A stretch of 64,000 bases of DNA from assembly GCA_020353515.1 (NCBI GenBank), contig CP070695.1:1634200-1698199 (forward strand), written 5' to 3'. The DNA is from Candidatus Heimdallarchaeota archaeon (GTDB lineage: Archaea; Asgardarchaeota; Heimdallarchaeia; Hodarchaeales; Hodarchaeaceae). The position numbers were made by a program, and so were the translations under genes. The notes under the pieces are model-generated. The model did not search any database. It was not told the origin of the DNA and saw nothing but the letters and a program-made list of their open reading frames with translations. This document shows positions 20,301-29,812 of this stretch, in pieces (position 1 is the first letter of the stretch; each line of letters begins with the position of its first letter).

Positions 20301-23300
20301 GTCTATTCCTTCATGGTTGTAAATATTCCCTGAATATTTGTCATCACCGATAGGTATTAAGAACCTCGAGACGAATTGATAAATAATACCTCCTGTACCA
20401 TCATCTGTGACACGAGGTCTATAATTCTGACGATTTATTACCACAGTGTCATTTTCTGTTGTAAATCCTAAAGGTGTTTGTATGAGATAAGGATCATCGC
20501 TGCTCAGAACATAAGAATCTGACCATGTAGTTCCGAAATCACTGGAAAAGATTGAGACAATTTCTGTTTTTCCCCCAGTTATTCGTTCATACAACACTGC
20601 AATTCTGTTTGAGTAACCAACCATTGTCGCTGCACTCGGGAATCTAGCATTACCAACACCACTTGTTATCGGAAAAACGCCTTGATTATGGTAGGTGCTA
20701 TTTAATACTGTGAAATACAACTGTTGAGCTGCATAGAAGGTATTTTTCGAGTAACCTGCGAAAACAATCCCAAGACGATCGTTAATATCTATTAGATCTA
20801 CAGAATGGATGAAGTATTCCCCTAATCCAAGATTCGCTGAATTATCTGATAATACATTGTTGAAGATCACTTTTAATGTTAAATCTCCTTGTAGAATTGA
20901 AGTATTGGTTTGTGTATAGCAATAGAAAATGTAGTCATGTGTTCCATTGTTTATCTGTAATGTCCCTAAACCTCGTATTTGTGTATCAGGATCAGCTGGA
21001 GATGTTATTCTATCAATTAAGCGAATATCCGAGATTGGATTTCCATTTCGGTCAAAATTACGAGATAGGACACACTTATCGTAATCAGTTGCATTTTTGT
21101 ATGCAATCACCCATGAAACAAGAATATTTCCATTTTGCAGTTGAATGATCGTTGGTTCGTATTCTACTCCATCTACAAATCCATCACTATTATCATAATT
21201 CCTCACCTTAGGAGTACCATTAGTAGTAAGATCATTACTAACCCAATCCGCAGGTGCATCTGTATCTACGGGTATAACTGCCGTTTGAATAACGTTTGAT
21301 TGGTTTTTTCGTTCAAGAATTGAAATTATGGGGGTGAGTTGGGGTGTCGAATCGATTTCAACAGCGTTATAATACAATGAAAGGGTGTCACTCCCATCTG
21401 GAACAGTAAATTTCAAGCTAGTATTCTCATAATCGGGGGCAAATCCATATCGATCAGTAAAGACTGATGAATTTTGTGCAATAACGAAGTACTCTCGTGA
21501 AGGAATAACACCAGTACCAAATGATATGTCAAGTGTGCTATTAATCTGTAAATACCAGTTTGTTAAGTTAACATCGAAAATATTGGGATTATAGAGTTCC
21601 ACCCAATGATAGCTATAATTTGCTGGGTTATCATCAATGTCTTCGTAAAATACCTCGGTGATCAATAATCCTTGGGGAGGGGTGAAAAGCTGTTGGGATT
21701 TCGCAGATCCCACATCAGATGCATTAAGAGTAACAGAGTAATAAAGGCGTCCATCCCCATTTGTGGTATTCACTAGTTGCTCATTACCAGAAAATGGGTC
21801 ATGAAATTCTTCTTCAATTCCATAAACGACAAAGAAGTCACCATTATCAATTTGCACTACATCGTGGGCGTGTGGAGCTAGCCCTACAGGAGATTGGTAT
21901 GTGTCAAAAGTTGGTAACAATCCATGGGGATTTCCATAATTAGGATCAGAGGATATGATTTCAATACGGGTGAAACTCAAACTAGTTGATTCTTGTGCTT
22001 CCCAAATATCAACTCCATGACCATGTCCAATAATCAACTCTAAATTTCCATCAAAGTCACTATCACTCGTACCAAGAGTATTAACATGTGTACTAATTGA
22101 TGGAAAGTCGTATATATGATGAACATTGCCAAAATCTGATTGGAGAGCTAAGAGAAAACCTGTGTTTGTTTTAACAAACGTCTTCTCTTTCTCCCATTCA
22201 CAGACATATTGACGAACATGGTAATCCGCAATGTCATTCCAGACACCATTCAAATCCATCATAATTTCTGCATAATCCTCAACTCCTCCCGAATTACTAG
22301 GTTGTCCTCCACCCCAGTTGGTATATGGCCCATAAGGCTCACCGGTAATCCATACCCAGTTCCCTGGACTTGGTTCATATAAACCAATATGTGCTCTCCA
22401 TCCTGCCAAGCTTTGAACAAAATCATTCTCTTCCTGACTAGTTATGGTCACTAAATGGCCTCCTAAGCTTTCACAGGCAGCTTTAGCTTCACCCCAAGTC
22501 TTCGATTCCGTGAATAATTTGTATTCATTGCCCTTGAAGAAAACTCCACCATGAGTAATAAGAGTGTTACTTCGATTACTCCCACCTATCCATAATTCGG
22601 TTGTGTTATCTTGATTGATATCTGCGAAAAGCATTGTTTGAATATCAAGAGTAGGATGGAAGATCGGATTTCCTGGTTGATCAAAAAAACCTGTTCCACT
22701 AATAGATTGAAAACTTTCCAACCAACCGATTTCAGGATCCCATCGTAGTAAGAATAATTGTCTGCCAGCACCAAGTGCAATCATGCTTCCACGCCCATCG
22801 AAATCGGGGGTGATAGCTAAAGCTGAAAATTGAGTTATATCATAATCAATTACCATATTTCTATAATCAATCTCAAAAATTAGTTTGAATTCATCGTTAA
22901 AACCTGTTGCTTCAAAAATATATACTAGAAGGCCTGCTGTGATAATAAATTCTTCATTTCCATTGCCATTATAATCAAAACCTGCAGTGAGAAGATTACC
23001 ATGGTCAAAGATTGTTCTTCGAAATGTACCAGATACTCCAACAAGCTCCTGAAATGCATAGGGAGAGTAATTAGTAATTTCGGTGTGATTTAGGTCGTGA
23101 GTCTTGAAAGCACGTTTATATGTGTTCTCAATTAAATGTTCGAAGACATATACATTATTATCATAATCACACACAATTATTTCAGCATCTGTATCACCGT
23201 CCAGGTTACTACTTGTAGTTAATGTTATTGTCCAGTCTTTGATCTCCTTCAAGTTAGACCAGGATTTCACCATTGCATAACCGTAATTAATAGCATTTGG

Positions 23301-26300
23301 AGGGGATTGCTTTAAATTTAATTCTAATTTCATCACCTCTGGATTTGTCCCAATAACATACGAATTTTGTTGATCTGTTTCCGCATGTAGTTCTCTCAAG
23401 TTCTCTTTGGTTGGAAACCCATTCCAGACCCAGATAGATTCTGCGGAACTCTCGTTGGAATTTGAAGGGACAATGACTCCTGCAGTATAATTGTTAAATC
23501 GTAAAGATCCATCAGTAGTTGGATTTTTCATTACATAGGCATTTCTAGCCCATATAGGATCTATTGGAGTGCCATGATTCTCAAAAAAGTCCATACCATA
23601 GCGAAAAGTTCCAGAACCTCTCCCATACGAGTAAGCAATGTCGTAATCACCATCATGATCGTAGTCCCATGCGTTAGGCGAGAAAATGGGATTTGAAATA
23701 GCTCTTTCATTCAGCTCTCGAAAGTATTCAAAATCGAACTTAAACTGAGGACTTGTTGTGGTTCCAATATTCCATAAGAGAGCTAAACGACCGTTAGAGA
23801 GAATAATATCCTGTAACCTATCGTTATCAACATCTACTATGGCAGCAGAAGGATAAGTGGTGGATTCGGCAAGATAGCTATACAAATGACCATCTACATC
23901 GCTAAGAGTGGTTGGATTCTGATATTTGTTTGTTATCCAATTAAAGATTACAGGTAATAATCTTGAATCATATGAACTTGGTTTTTTATAAGTTGAATAC
24001 CAAGGAAAGATAATAAGCTCATCTTTACTATCACCCTGATAAAGATCACCAAAAGCAAATGTATCAATACCAAAAGAGAAAGGTATTACATCTTCCAGAA
24101 CATAAGGGGTGTATGCTGTACCATCCAGAGCTCCTGTTTCTGAATTGATTATATGGGGAGGACCTCCATCATAAGTAATAATGAGCTCGGATCCAGGCCC
24201 TCCAGAGCAATCAGATCGGCTTATATGGTGTAAGCCTAGACCTGTATACAAACCACCAGTGAATTCTTTTGTTTCTCCCTGGATATACCTCCAGGATGGA
24301 ATCAGGGGTTTTTTAGGCGTTCCCTGAATACTCCAAATAGTTTCACCAAGATTGAAATAAGCATCAGTGTAAGAATCCCAGTTTTGAAAGAAACCCGGTG
24401 ATACAATCCCATAAGCAATTGCAGGAATCTCGATCAAAACAGCCTTTCGTGTTCGATATTTCCTATAATAGGTGATGTTAAATATCCCCCTCTGAAAAAC
24501 AAGCAATCTTCCATCAGATCCACCAAACACTATCTTATTGACAGTTTCAGCTTCATCATAAGAGAATGATAGTGGGTCTATTGTTACAGAGGCTGCAATT
24601 GTTAGAGGTCGGGCAACATAAGGAAATACTATTGCATCGACTCTTCTTTCCTTTGTTTCACCTGTTGTAACTAATGTAAGACGAATATACTGTGCAGACA
24701 TTATCTTTTTCTTTGCAAAAAGCTGATCAACATCAATAGCTAATCCTTTTCCAGCACTCATCGCAAGAATATCTTCGTTATCCACCTGATGCCAATTAAC
24801 AAGGTTATTCCCAACAGATATATTCCATTCCTCGGGTTGTACAACAATTTCAGAATCATCAAAGATGATATATAAATCTGGATCAGGATTGCCGTTGGAC
24901 GCTAATTCCTCCCCTACTCCTAAGTTCCAGGTTCCAGTGGCATTCCTGTGGGTATTATTTACGCTAAAGACGGAAAATTTATTTTCTCCTGCCTCCCATT
25001 CACACACATAAGCGAAATTTGTGTTGTAAATATCATTCCATTTACCATCTTGATAACGCATATGGCCATAATTTTCATATCCACCCAAATTATTAGGCTC
25101 GTATGTATTCCAATTTGTATAGTCGACACCAACAACACAGGATTCCCCTGTAATCCATTGATTCCAATTCCCTTCTTGTTGTGCATCTGAAAAACCAAGC
25201 CAAACATATCTTGGTCCTGCTAAGCTATGGATAAATGCGTTCTCTCCAGCACTAGTTATAGTAACCAAATGTCCACCACGGGCTTCGCAATCTACTTTTG
25301 CATCCTCCCAATTTTTCGCCTCAGTGATCAACAGGTATTCATGCTCATCATATACAACTCCTCCATGATTACTGAGGGGTGCACCTGTAACAGCAGAATT
25401 ACTAAAAATATCTAGAGCGTTTTGTGTTTTCCCATCCCAAGGCTCTGGATATCTACTCCCATTGATATGCTGAGTATAGACTTGCCAATTCATACCTGCT
25501 TCACGAACCATCCAATCCGCAAAATTATCAAATGGATATGCCCCCTGTGTCTGCCAATCCTCAAAATCTTGGATTAACTGTTCCAAATAAAAATCTCGTT
25601 CCGCAGAATAACGTAAAGCCCATGCTCCTTGGCCATAAGCGAGAACAACGGCATCAGTGGGATGTTGAACCACAGCATCCGAAAGATCCACCTTATCCAA
25701 TTCTCCAATTGCTATTTGGCCTATTGGGTTCCATATTGGTTGATATAATCCACTATTATTCCATATAAGTCGATAATTATTATCGTTAGGGAAAGGAAAT
25801 TCGATACCATGAGGAGCCATCACCACACCATCATTTTCAAAAATGTAAATAGACCCAGAAAGGGTTCCTACGATAATATCTGGTAATCCGTTATTATTAA
25901 AGTCCCCTACACCAAGAGATTGGATTTTTTCATCTACTTCTGTTGAATTCCATCGTTCAGTGAGTTCTATCCAATGTTCTACGTCAAATGGATAACCTGA
26001 GTGATCTGTATATTCAAAGATATGGATTCTCTTATCCCAGGCACCTACAATGAGATCCTGAATCCCATCAAGATCTAAGTCATAAAATTCAACCGATGTG
26101 GCTTGAAAATAATTTTCTGATTTCCAGACAAAATCAAACCGATTTTCGAGATTGGCTATCGGATCATATATATGTGCTTGTTCAAATAGATAAACGCGCC
26201 CATCCGCGCACGCAGCTGCAATCTCTATCAGATTATTGTTATCAGAATCACCAAACGCTACATCATAAATATCACGAGTAATAATTCCTGATCCTGCCTC

Positions 26301-26750
26301 CCACACTTTGATGTATTGCCTCTCATCACTATTCCAACGATAAATATGCAATTCAGTATCAAGAAGATACCCTCCTCCAACCACTAGAAATTCCCCATCG
26401 TCTGAAACTTTCGCTACATGTACAGCAGCTCTTGATAACCAAGGTGTCCACACTTGTTGGTAACTATTTTCATTGTCTCGAAGTTTTCCTAAAACATCAT
26501 ACTCAGGAGAGGGGATTACTTCCTCTTGAGGATTTATCCCAAGATCCTCAAACACTTTCTGAAATGGGTTATCATTAGGGGTAGAAGGAGAAACTTCCCT
26601 TTCTAATACTGGAATATTTTGATGATTTTCACTTTGGTCAGAGATGTTTCCTGTAAAAATTTGGTTAATTTGAAGACTCGTACATATAAATATCGTTATT
26701 AGCAATGTAGGTAAAGTTTTTCTTCCGATTTTAACTAATTGGCTGTTCAT
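17316..26750 (-). CDS. Protein B': giant FG-GAP/VCBS multi-propeller surface protein with two C-type lectin domains, a lamin-tail domain and Asp-box motif
   Basis: GDxDxxGxxDhhhG repeats; WEDAK..CEARGGHLVTITS..WND..YVCE twice; LLITEVFY..WVELYNP..GTP; SSDFGTTWS; C-terminal TM and KRR. Start moved from 26804 to ATG 26750 (GAGTTGA SD). Confidence 0.88.
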   Translation of the reverse strand: MNSQLVKIGRKTLPTLLITIFICTSLQINQIFTGNISDQSENHQNIPVLEREVSPSTPNDNPFQKVFEDLGINPQEEVIPSPEYDVLGKLRDNENSYQQVWTPWLSRAAVHVAKVSDDGEFLVVGGGYLLDTELHIYRWNSDERQYIKVWEAGSGIITRDIYDVAFGDSDNNNLIEIAAACADGRVYLFEQAHIYDPIANLENRFDFVWKSENYFQATSVEFYDLDLDGIQDLIVGAWDKRIHIFEYTDHSGYPFDVEHWIELTERWNSTEVDEKIQSLGVGDFNNNGLPDIIVGTLSGSIYIFENDGVVMAPHGIEFPFPNDNNYRLIWNNSGLYQPIWNPIGQIAIGELDKVDLSDAVVQHPTDAVVLAYGQGAWALRYSAERDFYLEQLIQDFEDWQTQGAYPFDNFADWMVREAGMNWQVYTQHINGSRYPEPWDGKTQNALDIFSNSAVTGAPLSNHGGVVYDEHEYLLITEAKNWEDAKVDCEARGGHLVTITSAGENAFIHSLAGPRYVWLGFSDAQQEGNWNQWITGESCVVGVDYTNWNTYEPNNLGGYENYGHMRYQDGKWNDIYNTNFAYVCEWEAGENKFSVFSVNNTHRNATGTWNLGVGEELASNGNPDPDLYIIFDDSEIVVQPEEWNISVGNNLVNWHQVDNEDILAMSAGKGLAIDVDQLFAKKKIMSAQYIRLTLVTTGETKERRVDAIVFPYVARPLTIAASVTIDPLSFSYDEAETVNKIVFGGSDGRLLVFQRGIFNITYYRKYRTRKAVLIEIPAIAYGIVSPGFFQNWDSYTDAYFNLGETIWSIQGTPKKPLIPSWRYIQGETKEFTGGLYTGLGLHHISRSDCSGGPGSELIITYDGGPPHIINSETGALDGTAYTPYVLEDVIPFSFGIDTFAFGDLYQGDSKDELIIFPWYSTYKKPSSYDSRLLPVIFNWITNKYQNPTTLSDVDGHLYSYLAESTTYPSAAIVDVDNDRLQDIILSNGRLALLWNIGTTTSPQFKFDFEYFRELNERAISNPIFSPNAWDYDHDGDYDIAYSYGRGSGTFRYGMDFFENHGTPIDPIWARNAYVMKNPTTDGSLRFNNYTAGVIVPSNSNESSAESIWVWNGFPTKENLRELHAETDQQNSYVIGTNPEVMKLELNLKQSPPNAINYGYAMVKSWSNLKEIKDWTITLTTSSNLDGDTDAEIIVCDYDNNVYVFEHLIENTYKRAFKTHDLNHTEITNYSPYAFQELVGVSGTFRRTIFDHGNLLTAGFDYNGNGNEEFIITAGLLVYIFEATGFNDEFKLIFEIDYRNMVIDYDITQFSALAITPDFDGRGSMIALGAGRQLFLLRWDPEIGWLESFQSISGTGFFDQPGNPIFHPTLDIQTMLFADINQDNTTELWIGGSNRSNTLITHGGVFFKGNEYKLFTESKTWGEAKAACESLGGHLVTITSQEENDFVQSLAGWRAHIGLYEPSPGNWVWITGEPYGPYTNWGGGQPSNSGGVEDYAEIMMDLNGVWNDIADYHVRQYVCEWEKEKTFVKTNTGFLLALQSDFGNVHHIYDFPSISTHVNTLGTSDSDFDGNLELIIGHGHGVDIWEAQESTSLSFTRIEIISSDPNYGNPHGLLPTFDTYQSPVGLAPHAHDVVQIDNGDFFVVYGIEEEFHDPFSGNEQLVNTTNGDGRLYYSVTLNASDVGSAKSQQLFTPPQGLLITEVFYEDIDDNPANYSYHWVELYNPNIFDVNLTNWYLQINSTLDISFGTGVIPSREYFVIAQNSSVFTDRYGFAPDYENTSLKFTVPDGSDTLSLYYNAVEIDSTPQLTPIISILERKNQSNVIQTAVIPVDTDAPADWVSNDLTTNGTPKVRNYDNSDGFVDGVEYEPTIIQLQNGNILVSWVIAYKNATDYDKCVLSRNFDRNGNPISDIRLIDRITSPADPDTQIRGLGTLQINNGTHDYIFYCYTQTNTSILQGDLTLKVIFNNVLSDNSANLGLGEYFIHSVDLIDINDRLGIVFAGYSKNTFYAAQQLYFTVLNSTYHNQGVFPITSGVGNARFPSAATMVGYSNRIAVLYERITGGKTEIVSIFSSDFGTTWSDSYVLSSDDPYLIQTPLGFTTENDTVVINRQNYRPRVTDDGTGGIIYQFVSRFLIPIGDDKYSGNIYNHEGIDHNFVTQLWVGQIERGHWFKFTDIMDVTAIAVGDSDNDMRNELFLGHDYRVSLLEVTNDNSYTQKWQYQPPSYVSLHPELINSTFAEFFVSDTAKSREVGAVSIFDGNGNGWPELIFSVRGGDVFSFEVTNLEQPINDLYAVTEEYYVSNVPDISSTTDVLLVNINGGELDLVVSDGDGISAWDIEDDRSLWNYTAPSGVEKIYFFNNSLGNPVIVGVTTTGICGLNLGGSERYWIDVAFVDTISGHLFTDVDGDLLPDLIVATTTDIRAIEPVSGDIIWENVTPDNNTQNEGYFDIATATLGSTTKISVCSGNLSIYKQINIINNNGSFLQSFNLTHLSQLDTRSRSVIGDFDGDFNLDLAIANFDNINTDKSYLEVYDLSTLDLILNVTMPIPVGLDLSRFSIYARDVNEDTIGDIILSIPTFTSSTDLFPSYGYSSAVFVIDVATETTVWHRYFTDTLTKFEIDSFGGEEVILAFTADSGLFALSLSGADVLWTDLDTQSVAADIANRENEQTLIATTCNNGTSPIFKVAGMMSKASNIITPQTYIVDTNMKVLYSNLASGEYFVFPVIVTNDGTERLLTAFTNGTLILRSFERGEIWRVQVSPFSSISAVGLEIEPFKFGLAFKTDTSDLYILERTTTQIWAQITTSGFIEASLSLDGDSDVLLLQTISGNSGTLSLLDPITKDFLWTYTSPSYFTYLKTERLDADNIGKKTHIIALDYLGTASLIELPSTSVLGGVFPAPTLGTRWITVKSIPSSDIVTKLATVVLLSDAGQLLRYTWLSNGDISELSHDITDQDEIVSLDVADQGSVTDIMIITRNNGSRVLRDDGSSMTIVNELYNFYNDSIDHHFANIDDTPESEIVIIVHNSLVIFTSEGTIVESHSLPNEIMNVIDWKVDSTMKVAFVTILRDNTIAVADPSNRILSTQNGEAAASDLKDAVVSELGQENVNTGNKTPTLELAISVFLSIFITFAFISNVRKRRQHVKKRRRSQS

Positions 26751-26983
26751 AGCGATTTTCAACTCATAGGGTTTAATTTTAGTAGTGTAGAATAAACAAT
26801 TCATTTTTAATTAAGTTAACAGAAGTAAATTTGTCTAATCTTAGCTATTCACAAAATAAGAATATCGTCCTCTTCGAATTTAATTAATGTTTGCTTATTT
26901 CGATTAGGAAAAGTAATATGATATCTATAATTTTCTCACTGGAAAAATCTCCTCGTAATTAATGTAGAGGTTTTGAATATATG

Positions 26984-27031
26984 AAGAAAAGAAAAAAAAT
27001 ATGTCCCAGGTAGTTATTCCCTGGGTTTTTT
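26984..27031 (-). terminator. Hairpin plus U-tract terminator ending operon A-B-C
   Basis: CCCAGG(27005-27010)-N9-CCTGGG(27020-27025), followed on the minus strand by a long T-run just after the C stop codon. Confidence 0.65.
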
Positions 27032-27034
27032 CGA

Positions 27035-29812
27035 TTATCCTTCTGGTTTTCTTCTGAATCGTTTTCTGAACCCTTTTCCTACTTTCTCAAGGGTACCTGT
27101 TTTCTTAGCCGCATATAATCCTGCTGCTGTACCACCACCAAGGACTAATCCGCCCGCAGCAAGCAGGATTAAACCTCCCAAGAGATCTGGTGCTTTTTTA
27201 GTAGGTGTGATCTTTGAAAACGGGGGAACACTCTCTTGGGGGATCAGCACATCTTCTGGCCCAATAGTAATGTTTAGGAAATAGCTTGTACTCAAACCTG
27301 TGTTCATTGATACACGGAAATAAATATCAGTCCCATTGTAAAGTTCTCTATATGAAGAGTTCATTGGAAAAGGACCAGCTTGCTCAGGATATCCTGCATC
27401 ATTGGTACTAAAGTCAATAATACTACCATTCAAGCTTATCAGCTCAAGATCTAAATTTTCTGTACCAAATTGAGATATTTCTACAATTATTGCTAATCCT
27501 GCCGGTACATTGACCACAAAGTAATCATCATCTTTGATCCGTATCCGTGGTGTCTCCGTGTGGCTAATGGTGTCTCTTGTAGGTCCTTCAACTACTGTTA
27601 TTCGAGTGGCATCACCGAATACATCATTATCTTCATGGGCATCATCGGTTTCTAAAATATCAATCGTTAAATTGTATGAATTGGGAGTTTCACCACCCCA
27701 GATTATACAAAATATGAAATATTTCCCGCTAACAGTGGCATTAAAGGAGATTGTTTCATTTAACACAGTGTCACTTTTCTCTACTTGTGGATAATCTGTA
27801 CCATTATAATCAGAATATAACTCCACATCAATATCATTGGTAAGAATTTCACCTTTTTCTTCAGGGTTTGGATATTCTTCTGGGAAATAATCCAAAGAAA
27901 TATCGATTGTATCGCCTTCATGAAGGTATAAATAATAATAATCGTAAAGGTCATCACGAAGGATAAGATCCGTGTAAATACCTTCAGCGATTGGTGCAGC
28001 AGTGGCAAAATCATTATTTGGCAACTCAAATGCATCATCAAAGAGATCTATGTTAATGGTTAGGTTATAATCTGCAAATCCATACCCAGGAGGTCCCACT
28101 CCAAGGATTAGAAGTAGATACATGTCTGCTTTAACGACATTATAAACAACAGTTTCAGAACTGGAGCCTGATGACGTTGAATCATCAAGAATTACACCAT
28201 CTTGGCTGGCTAAAAATAGGTTCAAATCAGCAAGAGACCCATCAAAGTCAATCCTCACCGTAAGCCAATCACCTGGAAGTAAATATATGCCAAACCAATC
28301 CATGTTTCCTTCCAGTGAGATAAGACCAGCATCAGGATCGTTTTCTGTGGGACTATAGACTTTAGACTGGGTTGGTAGGATATAAGCAGTTAAGGGGCCA
28401 TCATTTACTTCAGCCCAGTCATCCTTTTCTCGAATTGAAATTGTAAGGTTGTAGTAGAGAGGATAAGGATTATTAGAAGATACATGAATATAGAAAACAG
28501 AATCAGATAATGCTCGATATGGTCCAAATCGCAAACCGTTTAGAATCGGTTGTGGATCATCAAGAATTGAACTTGCTGATTGATTTTCATAAACAGTAAG
28601 GCTTAAATCTAATTTACTACCGTCAGGTAATTTTACTGGAACCCAATTGATATCCACAAGTAAACGCTTGTATTTTTCTACATTTACAGTGTACCAATCA
28701 TGATTGTTATTTGAAATAACCATTCCAGGCAATTTTCCAAAGTTTTTAATCTCTGTTGCAGTATTGTTTACGTGATTTGGCCCACTCTCAACTTCATACG
28801 CGTCTTCTAATGTAATATCTAAGGTATAATAATTCGCAATCCCTGCATTATTCCTTATTTCTAGATAATACCAATCTGTGTATTTCACTGTTGTAATAAA
28901 TGTTTCATAGTTCACTGTTGGGTTGCTTTCAAATTGAGAGTCGAAAAGCGTTTTATTTGAAAAATAGAGATGCATATCAGGTCCATTATTCTCATCTTGG
29001 CCAGAATCTAAGTAAGAGGTAACAGTAATATTTACCCACGAGCCTTGATACAGTAAAATCCAATAGGTATCATTATTTCCGTACAATGTGTCTGTATTCT
29101 GTGAAAAACGAAGTTTTTCATAATGGCCAGGGACAATTTCATCATCGCTTCCCCCTGGATAATTTGGAGGAGTAAGATCGTCAAAATGGTCATTTGGGGC
29201 AAAGTATTCCCATTTATCTTCATATACTACAGACATATTGTAAGTGGTTGAATACAGAATCACGTCTCCTATTGCTGGAGTCGAACAAGTTATATTAAAT
29301 ATAAGAGTCTCGGAGGTTCTTATTAAAATAGGACTAATAATTTCTTCATATCCAGAGTAATTGCTATATCCCAACAATGTTCCATTCTGAGCCCAAAGGT
29401 ATATATCTAAATCAGCATAGGGATATTCTAAATCAACAAAGTTGTTAGGCCCTGCAACACCAGTATCTTCCCAAATATTAGTTTGGTTAAATGTAATTGA
29501 AATAGAGAAATAAAACCCTGGTTTGACATCAAAGGAGTAATAATCTGGATTTGAAGAGCTGACATTTAGTAAATCGGGATTAGCGATTGATTCACCACCT
29601 AAAGGATACGCCCATGCCCAACGAGAATTATTAGTTAATGGTCCTAAACCATCGGGATCTTCCCATATGTTGTCAAGATGAGTCGGAGGGGACGCTGCAG
29701 CTGGTTGGGGGACAATAGGGATTTGCATTATCTGAATCATAATGACTAGAAATAGAATTTGTGTTACTAGTAATCCTATCCAAGAGTGTCTAAAGATTGT
29801 ATTTGGCTTCAT
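27035..29812 (-). CDS. Protein C: membrane-anchored protein of ~6 tandem PPC (pre-peptidase C-terminal)-like domains
   Basis: Repeats D.xE.ND...A...D(W/Y)Y...DLDLxL...E.I...Y.LxI; signal peptide; Gly-rich TM plus basic tail. Start moved to ATG 29812 (GGAGGT SD, ATGA overlap with B stop). Confidence 0.85.
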   Translation of the reverse strand: MKPNTIFRHSWIGLLVTQILFLVIMIQIMQIPIVPQPAAASPPTHLDNIWEDPDGLGPLTNNSRWAWAYPLGGESIANPDLLNVSSSNPDYYSFDVKPGFYFSISITFNQTNIWEDTGVAGPNNFVDLEYPYADLDIYLWAQNGTLLGYSNYSGYEEIISPILIRTSETLIFNITCSTPAIGDVILYSTTYNMSVVYEDKWEYFAPNDHFDDLTPPNYPGGSDDEIVPGHYEKLRFSQNTDTLYGNNDTYWILLYQGSWVNITVTSYLDSGQDENNGPDMHLYFSNKTLFDSQFESNPTVNYETFITTVKYTDWYYLEIRNNAGIANYYTLDITLEDAYEVESGPNHVNNTATEIKNFGKLPGMVISNNNHDWYTVNVEKYKRLLVDINWVPVKLPDGSKLDLSLTVYENQSASSILDDPQPILNGLRFGPYRALSDSVFYIHVSSNNPYPLYYNLTISIREKDDWAEVNDGPLTAYILPTQSKVYSPTENDPDAGLISLEGNMDWFGIYLLPGDWLTVRIDFDGSLADLNLFLASQDGVILDDSTSSGSSSETVVYNVVKADMYLLLILGVGPPGYGFADYNLTINIDLFDDAFELPNNDFATAAPIAEGIYTDLILRDDLYDYYYLYLHEGDTIDISLDYFPEEYPNPEEKGEILTNDIDVELYSDYNGTDYPQVEKSDTVLNETISFNATVSGKYFIFCIIWGGETPNSYNLTIDILETDDAHEDNDVFGDATRITVVEGPTRDTISHTETPRIRIKDDDYFVVNVPAGLAIIVEISQFGTENLDLELISLNGSIIDFSTNDAGYPEQAGPFPMNSSYRELYNGTDIYFRVSMNTGLSTSYFLNITIGPEDVLIPQESVPPFSKITPTKKAPDLLGGLILLAAGGLVLGGGTAAGLYAAKKTGTLEKVGKGFRKRFRRKPEG

